Under the pieces are notes generated by a model. That model saw nothing but the letters and a program-made list of their open reading frames with translations. It ran no database searches and had not been told where the DNA came from. This document shows, piece after piece, positions 11,158 through 18,307 of a DNA stretch of 19,465 bases. The DNA comes from Candidatus Sumerlaeales bacterium. GTDB taxonomy: Bacteria; Sumerlaeota; Sumerlaeia; Sumerlaeales; Sumerlaeaceae. Made by a program: the position numbers and the translations under genes. Position 1 is the first letter of the stretch; every line of letters begins with the position of its first letter. The DNA lies in NCBI GenBank assembly GCA_038243585.1, contig JBBSQY010000059.1:1-19465 (forward strand), given 5' to 3'.

Positions 11158-11970
11158 TCAGGTTGAAAGAAATGGTGCAGCCAGTGGCGCCGACAGATTG
11201 AACAGGAGGTGCAGGCTGATGGCGTAGGTGGTGCCCAGCCAGATGCGCACGGCGCCGAGCATGAGGCCCCAGGTGAATGTCTGTGCCAGTTTTGGCCAGG
11301 CGGGATCGAAATGGCCGGCGTGACCGAGGGCGAAAACCAGGGCTGTCACTATGACGGCCAGTATCATGACGGGGCGGGAGCGGCGGCCGCCGATGGCTGA
11401 GAGTCGGGCAACCAGGTAATGGCGAAATAGTAGCTCTTCCTGCCACGGGGCGTTCAGCATGAGCCACGCGACGAGCAGTCCGACTGCCAGATCGGATCCG
11501 CCATCGGTCAATTCTAGAACGGCTTCTCCGGTTTGGATATCGACCAGCAACACCAGCAGCAGACTTATGGCGACGCCGGCTACGGCCATGCCGGCCATCA
11601 GAAGGGATTTAGCCTTCGGGGACCAACCGCCTTCTTTTACCGGAATCCCGCTTTTGACTGCCCACACGTGGCCTGTCGCCCACAGCACCGGCAGCAATAG
11701 GGCGAAAAGAAAATACAGGACGGCCGGACCGGCGAGGAGATTAAAGCCGGCGAAATGATCTGCCGCCAATATCGCCGCGAGCTGCGCCGCTGCCAGGCCA
11801 AGGCCCCACGGGAGGGTTCGAATGATCTGTTGGCGAAACAGGGCTTTGTCGGCGCCGGAGAAAGCTTTTGCCGCACCTTCTGCCAGCGCGAGGCCGCACG
11901 CGCCCCACATTACGCCTGAGTAGACGATGGGACCCCATTGCGAAACGCCGCCATCTAAGAAATTAGTCAT
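11158..11970 (-). CDS. CPBP family intramembrane glutamic endopeptidase (CAAX protease/Abi-like)
   Basis: Hydrophobic 270-aa ORF with EELLFR, FALGH and H-x3-N (SLHLLFN) CPBP motifs. Confidence 0.88.
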   Translation of the reverse strand: MTNFLDGGVSQWGPIVYSGVMWGACGLALAEGAAKAFSGADKALFRQQIIRTLPWGLGLAAAQLAAILAADHFAGFNLLAGPAVLYFLFALLLPVLWATGHVWAVKSGIPVKEGGWSPKAKSLLMAGMAVAGVAISLLLVLLVDIQTGEAVLELTDGGSDLAVGLLVAWLMLNAPWQEELLFRHYLVARLSAIGGRRSRPVMILAVIVTALVFALGHAGHFDPAWPKLAQTFTWGLMLGAVRIWLGTTYAISLHLLFNLSAPLAAPFLST

Positions 11971-12026
11971 TTACGGTAATGCCTGTCGTATGCTGGATAA
12001 AATTTGATCGTGTGCCTGGCCCATTT

Positions 12027-12114
12027 AGTGGGATGACATCCTGTTTGTCCCCTGCCAGGTGAGGCAAAAGGGAAAGAGAAAGTCTCCAGGACAGACCGGA
12101 ATGTCTATCCTACT
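12027..12114. repeat. REP/REPIN-like imperfect inverted repeat pair
   Basis: Left arm AGTGGGATGACATCCTGTTTGTCC (12027-12050). Right arm 12089-12114 has reverse complement AGTAGGATAGACATTCCGGTCTGTCC. GTAG/GTGG ends with an internal GACA...TGTC palindrome; lies in the divergent intergenic region. Confidence 0.6.
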
Positions 12115-12170
12115 GCTACGAGGCACGGCTATTATAATTAAAAGCGCGCGCCCCGCTGTAGGCCCATGAG

Positions 12171-13319
12171 ATGTCGACCACCACAACAAATCCGATCGAA
12201 CTGGACTATGGCCGTGTTATGGCGCCGGACGCTCGGATTCTCGTGGCTATGAGCGGCGGCGTGGACAGCGCGCTTACGGCTGTGCTGTTGCGGCGGGCGG
12301 GGTTTGAGTGCGTGGGTATCAATATGCGAACTTATCACCCTAACGAGGCGGATGTCGCCAGTGGGCGGAAGTTTCAGACTTGTTGCTCGCCGGAAGACGC
12401 GGGCGATGCGCGGGCGGTTGCCCTGGATGAAGAGTTTCCGTTTTATGTGCTCGACCTGGAAAAGCAGTTTCATGCCGCGGTCGTTGAGCCTTTTATCAAT
12501 GATTACCTGCACGGTCGCACGCCGAACCCGTGCGTTCTTTGTAATAATCACCTGAAGCTGGGCGTTCTTATTGAAAAGGCGCGGCTGTATGGTTGTCAGT
12601 TCGTCGCGACGGGTCACTATGCGCGCATTCTGGAAAATACGGAAACCGGACGCATGGAAATGCACCGGGCGGCGGATCGCGGCAAAGATCAGACTTATTA
12701 TTTGTTCGGCCTGCGGCAGGATCAGCTTCGGCGTTTCCTGTGTCCGCTGGGCGCGATGACGAAGCCGCAGGTGCGGGATCTGGCTCGGGATTATAATATT
12801 TCGGTGGCTGAAAAGCCGGACAGTATGGAAATCTGTTTTGTGCCGGGAAATGATTATCGGCATTTTCTGCGGCAGCGGGTGGAGGCGGGAGCCATTACGC
12901 CAGGAAATATTGTCACGATGGATGGCCGGGTTCTCGGAACGCATGAAGGCACGGCGTATTATACCATCGGGCAGCGCAAAGGCATTGGCCTCAGCAGTCC
13001 GCTGCCTCTATATGTCATCGATATTTTGCCGACGGAGAATCTTGTGGTTGTCGGCACGGCGGATCAGACGACCAGCCCCGCGCTTTATTGCTCGCGCACG
13101 AACTGGATCGCCATTGAAAAGCCTGAGGTGCCGGTGAGGGCGGCGGCGCAGATTCGGTATCGCCATCAGCCGGCCGCGTGCGAGATCATTCCGCTGGGCG
13201 ATGACAAGTTTGAGGTCCGGTTCGATGAGCCTCAGCGCAGCGTAGCGCCGGGGCAGGCGGTCGTTTTCTATGATGGCGACAGCGTGCTTGGCGGCGGCTG
13301 GATCGATTCGCGGGAGTAG
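12171..13319 (+). CDS. mnmA: tRNA-specific 2-thiouridylase MnmA
   Basis: PP-loop AMSGGVDS, GRTPNPCVLCN, ATGHYA, KDQTYYL, K.DSMEICF, YTIGQRKG, QIRYRH and PGQAVVFY...LGGGWI motifs. Confidence 0.97.
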   Translation: MSTTTTNPIELDYGRVMAPDARILVAMSGGVDSALTAVLLRRAGFECVGINMRTYHPNEADVASGRKFQTCCSPEDAGDARAVALDEEFPFYVLDLEKQFHAAVVEPFINDYLHGRTPNPCVLCNNHLKLGVLIEKARLYGCQFVATGHYARILENTETGRMEMHRAADRGKDQTYYLFGLRQDQLRRFLCPLGAMTKPQVRDLARDYNISVAEKPDSMEICFVPGNDYRHFLRQRVEAGAITPGNIVTMDGRVLGTHEGTAYYTIGQRKGIGLSSPLPLYVIDILPTENLVVVGTADQTTSPALYCSRTNWIAIEKPEVPVRAAAQIRYRHQPAACEIIPLGDDKFEVRFDEPQRSVAPGQAVVFYDGDSVLGGGWIDSRE

Positions 13320-13339
13320 GACGGAAGGCGCCTGATTTT

Positions 13340-14146
13340 ATGCTGAACTGTCAATGTGAGAACAAGGAAGAGTGCAACTGCAGCACTGGGGTTGTTTGTC
13401 TGAAGCACGTGACGTTTCACCGGGGCGACAAGGTCATTCTGGACGATATTACGTTCTGTATCGACCAGGGCATTTTCCTGGGGGTTATCGGCCCTAATGG
13501 TGGCGGCAAAACTACGCTGCTCAAGCTGATACTGGGAGTGCTTCCCATGCAGGCGGGCCGCATCGAAATTTTTGGAGAAAGCCTGTCTCACAGCCGCGCA
13601 GCCCGGTCGCGCATTGGTTATGTTTCTCAGCGCAGCGATGTGGATCAGAATTTTCCCGCGAGCGCTCTGGATGTTGTTCTCATGGGGGCGGTTGCAAAGA
13701 CGGGCCTCCTGCGCCGCATCCCGCGCGAGGCGCGGGACCGCGCTATGCATCTATTGGAAACGACGGGTATCGCCGACCTGGCGAGCCGGCCTATCGGTCG
13801 TATGTCGGGCGGTCAGCAGCAGCGGGTGTATATCGCCCGGGCGCTGATTAACGACCCCCGACTCCTGATTTTGGACGAGCCGACCGTTGGTCTGGATTCC
13901 GCCAGCCAGAAACAATTTCTTCAACTGGTGCAGCAGCTGAAAGCGGAGCTGAAACTGACTGTCATTATGGTGAGTCACGATGTGGGTCAGCTTTCCCATT
14001 ACGCCGATCAGATTGCCTGCCTCAACAGGAAGCTTCACTTCCACGACCGCAGCGCGATGCTGACCGACCAGATTATCAGCCATGTGTACACCTGTGAGAT
14101 GGACGCGTATAAGGAACGGGTGAAAGAGATAGCTGGAGCAGGGTAA
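13340..14146 (+). CDS. znuC: Zn/Mn ABC transporter ATP-binding subunit (ZnuC-like)
   Basis: Walker A GPNGGGKTT, IGYVSQ...FP....DVV.MG, signature MSGGQQQRV, Walker B LILDEPTVGLD, and VSHD...IACLN typical of metal ABC ATPases. Confidence 0.85.
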   Translation: MLNCQCENKEECNCSTGVVCLKHVTFHRGDKVILDDITFCIDQGIFLGVIGPNGGGKTTLLKLILGVLPMQAGRIEIFGESLSHSRAARSRIGYVSQRSDVDQNFPASALDVVLMGAVAKTGLLRRIPREARDRAMHLLETTGIADLASRPIGRMSGGQQQRVYIARALINDPRLLILDEPTVGLDSASQKQFLQLVQQLKAELKLTVIMVSHDVGQLSHYADQIACLNRKLHFHDRSAMLTDQIISHVYTCEMDAYKERVKEIAGAG

Positions 14147-14238
14147 TAAGCACCACCGGCTCAATATTGCATAGAAATATAAAAATAAAACGCTATTTGG
14201 TGGTGGTTGAGTTCTCAAGTTTTTATGTGTAAATGACA

Positions 14239-14871
14239 CTATTGATGAGTTCCTAACACAGATGGAATTGGCGGCAATGCACCAAATGTTGATTTGGGTG
14301 AATGCCAAATATTTCCGAGTGATATTAATCCATTAGTTGGATCATAGGGTAATTGAGCACTATTTATGAATGAGTGATCATATTTTTTATCGGGACCCAC
14401 AGACCCTAGCCGCCATTCTCCGTAAAATTGAAAGGCGCTTGGCCAAAACAGGGAATCCGGAACGCGTTCCTTATACACTTGCATAACGTTATAAGAATAC
14501 AGCATTTCGTCGACAGGAGCACCTGAAAGATCCACCATAAACGGATCAATTTTATTGATGGCGGTCAGATAGGCAACTGGGGTTGTAAGAACTTTTGAAA
14601 GAACACCGTTGACTGGCGCGCCTAACATAAGATCAAATTCTGGGTCCAGATAAAATGACGCGTGCGCCATTCGCGGCATTTGATTATGATCTACCGTATA
14701 CGCTACGATCGCACCTGCATATGTGCGAAATTCGGACTTAATTCTACTGGTCTTTGCGTTAACGATCGCGGATTGATAACTTTCCAAGGCGACGCCAGTC
14801 AAAATAATCAATAGAGAAGCGGCTACAAGTAATTCCAAAATAGTAAATCCATTCGATGATGATTGGTTCAC
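14239..14871 (-). CDS. Pseudopilin (prepilin N-terminal methylation domain), second paralog
   Basis: NG|FTILELLVAASLLIILTGVAL class III signal. LTTPVAYL...DPF and SVGPD...YDPTNG..S.GN motifs are shared with the 7777 paralog. GTG start overlaps the upstream TGA (GTGA). Confidence 0.88.
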   Translation of the reverse strand: MNQSSSNGFTILELLVAASLLIILTGVALESYQSAIVNAKTSRIKSEFRTYAGAIVAYTVDHNQMPRMAHASFYLDPEFDLMLGAPVNGVLSKVLTTPVAYLTAINKIDPFMVDLSGAPVDEMLYSYNVMQVYKERVPDSLFWPSAFQFYGEWRLGSVGPDKKYDHSFINSAQLPYDPTNGLISLGNIWHSPKSTFGALPPIPSVLGTHQ

Positions 14872-15767
14872 GTCCCGACCTTTCGAAGATATTTTGCGAT
14901 ATCTGGATCTCTACTTTTACTCCACTCAATTACATCAAAAAAGAATGACTTTGGCAAGAGATCATCATCAGCGCCCGTCAGCTCCACAAAAGGCACAACA
15001 ATAAGGCCAAGCTCAGAATCATTATTAAAAGCTCCGTCTACCTGCAGTTGGCCCATGAGGGTCTTAATGTCAGACGCCTGCGAAGTGAATTCATTTGGAT
15101 CGTACAATGTGATGCATCCAAGCGTATCGCGATGAGACCACTCTACCGTTTCTGTCCCGTGGATAAAACAATCTTTTTTAAAATGGCTGCTATTTACAAC
15201 AATACCAGAAGATGATAATCCAACCGAAACTGCCCCACTAGTTATCACATCAGCCTCGTATAATACTTGCGGTTGTTTCAAATTCAACTTACTGTCTGCT
15301 CGTCCCCATTCTGAAACAAGAAGACCTGAACCTGTATGCATTAGAGTCCTGGCAAGGTGGAAAAAGCCAATAGGAACGCTTTGATAGCCGTATCTATACT
15401 TTCTACCGCTACTTTCAACATAACGTTGCAAAGTCTCAGCGTCCGATATTTCTGGCTTTTGTAAGGCCGTAGTTTCAGATCTACAAAAATATTGTCGACC
15501 AGTCATAGACCATGTATTTCCACTACGCTTATATATAGCCAATATTGAATTTCGAAAAGGGATACCTACATCGAACTCGGAACTGCGTTCCGCCCGACGC
15601 CCAAGCAAAACGATGCTGGTGCATTTGGGAGCCTCGGAAACATTTACGTTTATTTTTAAATGTTTTGACGCTTCAAATTTCGCCACGACTCTTGGCAACA
15701 CTACTGCCATTACCGCCGCGAATACATAAATTAACGCAATAACTTTATGTCGCCTGGAAATTACCAT
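14868..15767 (-). CDS. N-terminally anchored or secreted protein with an L,D-transpeptidase (YkuD/Tlde-like) catalytic motif
   Basis: 299 aa with GAGGT RBS and N-terminal hydrophobic helix. VPIGFFHL and FIHGTETVEWSHRDTLGCITL resemble the YkuD P-x-G-x-F and HG-xn-[ST]-x-GC motifs. The CDS is secure; the function is tentative. Confidence 0.6.
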   Translation of the reverse strand: MVISRRHKVIALIYVFAAVMAVVLPRVVAKFEASKHLKINVNVSEAPKCTSIVLLGRRAERSSEFDVGIPFRNSILAIYKRSGNTWSMTGRQYFCRSETTALQKPEISDAETLQRYVESSGRKYRYGYQSVPIGFFHLARTLMHTGSGLLVSEWGRADSKLNLKQPQVLYEADVITSGAVSVGLSSSGIVVNSSHFKKDCFIHGTETVEWSHRDTLGCITLYDPNEFTSQASDIKTLMGQLQVDGAFNNDSELGLIVVPFVELTGADDDLLPKSFFFDVIEWSKSRDPDIAKYLRKVGT

Positions 15768-15780
15768 TGCACATCAACCT

Positions 15781-16866
15781 CTATTTCACACGAACGGGTA
15801 TAACGCGTGGCATACCGTTCGAGGGATTGACGACAACACCCCCGATTGTTTCACTAATCATATTCAGACTTTCTAAGTTATTAATTTTTACAAAATAATT
15901 GTCCGCTGCATCTACATCCACTATAATATCTTTGCCCACGGCTTTCACAGTCCCGTCCCGATAATTACTTAGAATACGGTGAGATAAAAGGCCGGTTCCG
16001 CGCCGGAATAGAATTTCCGAAGGAAGATTATCGGCCGGGTGACACTCAATTTTAACCTTAGCTGCAGTAACAACAGATTGACTTCCCAAGATGTTTATAT
16101 CGAAATATTCTTTGTCGCCGGACGGGAGCGCGGTTATGCTTAATGTCGCGGTAACTACTTCGTCTGCTTCTAACGAAGTTGGTAGCGAAAAACGAACAAG
16201 ATCAGCCCATGGGGCGGGCACCCTTACCGAAATGTTTTTTAATGGCACAGCCGAATTTTTTAATATGACAGCAACACCTTCTGCTAGGTCTAATAGTCCT
16301 GAATGCGAATCATAGTGCAATTTATATAACGTTTTATCAGTTGAAATAAGCGGAACTATAGAGCCCGTTATGGAAAAATTAAGTACTGTTTCACCGGCAG
16401 AGTTCAGGCCTTCAACCAGTTCAGTAAAGAGCCCCAAAGGCTTGGCCTTCAAACTTACCTTAACATTTATAAGTAGTTCTTCATCTGGCTTCAGATTACA
16501 TGGTGCGAAATCCTGTACTGTAGTACAGCCACAAGAAGTCCTTATTGAATAAATCTGGAATTCATGGTTCGAACTATTTATATAGTTAACCGGCACGATA
16601 ATCGTTGAGTTTTGAGACACTTCGCCAATACTCGCCGACATATTGTTTTTACTCAAAAACTGGGGCTTAACAATAATCTTATCAGGCGCTGTATAGCCTG
16701 GCTTTATCTCGGTAGCAGTTAATAACTGAATTATCATAAGCAATATCAACGATACTACGCCAAATGTTACCGCAATGGGAATAATATTGCGGTTAAATCT
16801 GATAAATTTTAATTTGACGTTCCATTCTTTTTTTGTACCTGTTTGAAGCGATCGATTTTGCTTCAC
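15781..16866 (-). CDS. DUF1573 domain (Ig-like) membrane-anchored protein
   Basis: N-terminal TM helix, then N.S...FQIYSIRTSCGCTT......LKPDEE..I.V (DUF1573 SCGC signature) and further beta-rich sequence. Likely GTG start at 16866 overlaps the upstream TGA; the ORF track extends to 16932. Confidence 0.8.
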   Translation of the reverse strand: MKQNRSLQTGTKKEWNVKLKFIRFNRNIIPIAVTFGVVSLILLMIIQLLTATEIKPGYTAPDKIIVKPQFLSKNNMSASIGEVSQNSTIIVPVNYINSSNHEFQIYSIRTSCGCTTVQDFAPCNLKPDEELLINVKVSLKAKPLGLFTELVEGLNSAGETVLNFSITGSIVPLISTDKTLYKLHYDSHSGLLDLAEGVAVILKNSAVPLKNISVRVPAPWADLVRFSLPTSLEADEVVTATLSITALPSGDKEYFDINILGSQSVVTAAKVKIECHPADNLPSEILFRRGTGLLSHRILSNYRDGTVKAVGKDIIVDVDAADNYFVKINNLESLNMISETIGGVVVNPSNGMPRVIPVRVK

Positions 16867-17786
16867 GTCGACTTCATTTTTTTGAAAACAGACACTCCCA
16901 ATACGAAAACCAATACAAGCGCCCCACCCCACTTCAGGTAGGAAGCACTATTGAAATTTGGACTTGCCTGCCTCTCACGACCTGTTAACGTAGCCACCTG
17001 AGCGTATGGATGAAGCCCCGCTTGCATTTCTTCCGAATATGATTCTGTTGTTCGACTGTCAGGAAAAGCTGTTAAGCTTTTCACCTGAACGTCAAAGGCT
17101 CTAGCCAATTTTATGTCGCCGGTGGGTGTCTGCGAGTAGTATTGAGATTTTAATTTCCGAGGCAGCGTAGGAAATTGCTGATCGAAGTGCGAGCACTGAA
17201 TGCTGAATAGTTTTTGAATGTTGCCATTTATGGTCATCGACATATCTACGTTATGAATTTGCCCATTTACTACCCGCAACATCAGTTCTCGTGAAATAGT
17301 TGGTCCATTGCCACCTTTCCCAGGCACTGTCATTGTAATCAATTCTTCGCCAGGTTTAGAAGAATTTTTATTCATCACCATTTTGGGATTTTGAGCCAGA
17401 AGTTTCGGAACGTAAAAGTAATAATAGGGGCTCATCAGAGAAACATTTAAATCTAGCCCAACATTGAGATAGCCGGTAAACAGTTCATTGCTTCCACCCA
17501 ACCAATATTTCGCGCTATCGCTACTATAATCATATGAAACAAAAGCTTCACCGGAGTCTGTTTCCACTTTAATAAGGATAACTGACTGATGGTAGATGGC
17601 TTTAACACTTGCCTCTATTTCCGTCCTGGGGCTGATTCCAAACATGGGGCTTGATAAAAAGTCTTGGTTAGTCTCGATTGCAATCTTGGACTCCACCACA
17701 ACATCAGGAACGGTTGTAGATACCGTATTGTTTAGCACGAGGTTTCCTTTGGGATCGTAGTGTGCATTGGTTGCCAACTGCCGCAT
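16863..17786 (-). CDS. Hypothetical beta-rich protein with C-terminal transmembrane anchor
   Basis: 307-aa ORF ending KWGGALVLVFVLGVSVFKKMKST. The start is probably GTG 17738 (AAGGA RBS), because ATG 17786 sits in a hairpin loop. Confidence 0.75.
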   Translation of the reverse strand: MRQLATNAHYDPKGNLVLNNTVSTTVPDVVVESKIAIETNQDFLSSPMFGISPRTEIEASVKAIYHQSVILIKVETDSGEAFVSYDYSSDSAKYWLGGSNELFTGYLNVGLDLNVSLMSPYYYFYVPKLLAQNPKMVMNKNSSKPGEELITMTVPGKGGNGPTISRELMLRVVNGQIHNVDMSMTINGNIQKLFSIQCSHFDQQFPTLPRKLKSQYYSQTPTGDIKLARAFDVQVKSLTAFPDSRTTESYSEEMQAGLHPYAQVATLTGRERQASPNFNSASYLKWGGALVLVFVLGVSVFKKMKST

Positions 17787-17805
17787 TTTTAGTTGGCAAC
17801 CAATG
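17765..17805 (-). promoter_or_regulatory. Perfect 15-bp stem-loop directly after the peptide gene (mRNA stabiliser or attenuator)
   Basis: CATTGGTTGCCAACT (17765-17779) and AGTTGGCAACCAATG (17791-17805) are exact reverse complements around an 11-nt loop. No U-tract follows on the minus strand. Confidence 0.75.
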
Positions 17806-17810
17806 TTTGA

Positions 17811-18017
17811 TCATCCTGGGTGACAAAAGCAAGTCATATCGCCTTGCCCATTTGCGTAGGGGCCGACGCACGTCGTCCCGGGGGGACATTTTGATTTACT
17901 ATTGCAGTACCAGATTAATACCCATGCAGCGCCACAAGCATCAGCTACGGGCGCATGCGCAACTAGGTATAGTCCCAGCATTACACAAACGATTGCTCTA
18001 TTAGATTGTCGTTTCAT
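17811..18017 (-). CDS. Small secreted cysteine-rich peptide precursor
   Basis: 68 aa with AGGTG RBS 7 nt upstream. Sec-type signal ends in A-D-A. Predicted 41-aa mature peptide has six Cys. First gene of the co-oriented cassette. Confidence 0.75.
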   Translation of the reverse strand: MKRQSNRAIVCVMLGLYLVAHAPVADACGAAWVLIWYCNSKSKCPPGTTCVGPYANGQGDMTCFCHPG

Positions 18018-18307
18018 TCGTTTTCACCTGCTCTCAGATGAAAGTGTAAACGGGTCAACAGGAACCAAGACTGGCACCAATGTTAGTGCTTAGGCGGTGG
18101 AATCACGAGCAAGTCAACCACAATTTACTTAAACCCTCCATTTTTGAGAGCGGAGAAAAAGGTCGTGGGCAAGGTCCCATAGGTAACCTTTACCATGGCA
18201 AGGCACGAAGGGAAATGGCAAAATACCATATATTAACCTTCTCGTTGACAAGCTGCCCACGGACCCTCCACACCAGCACCAGATTTGGCAGAGGACTAAC
18301 GTTTTTT

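Larger units (their letters stand above)
14150..18100. other. AT-rich accessory cassette (putative horizontally acquired or variable island)
   Basis: Sampled lines inside: 16681 is 24/60 GC and 16801 is 18/60 GC. Flank samples: 13201 is 39/60 and 10021 is 43/60. GC drops abruptly right after the znuC-like stop. No integrase or att site seen; boundaries are approximate. Confidence 0.65.

Noticed and set aside
12138..12944. 268-aa minus-strand ORF, plus 13268-13750 and 13751-14308
   Set aside because: Antisense shadows of mnmA and the znuC-like gene, with no recognisable motifs.
14147..14238. Terminator or att site at the cassette's left edge (CACCACC...GGTGGTG)
   Set aside because: Only 7-bp arms about 40 nt apart, and no matching direct repeat was found at the right edge.
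17930..17950. Lipobox in the small peptide (ADA-C)
   Set aside because: A-D-A-C does not fit [LVI][ASTVI][GAS]C; signal peptidase I cleavage is more likely.
18161..18265. Imperfect inverted repeat (GGTCGTGGGCA...TGCCCACGGACC) with GGCAA motifs, considered as a c-di-GMP-I riboswitch or ncRNA
   Set aside because: The required P2/P3 stems and tetraloop-receptor could not be built by eye. An Infernal/Rfam scan would be needed.
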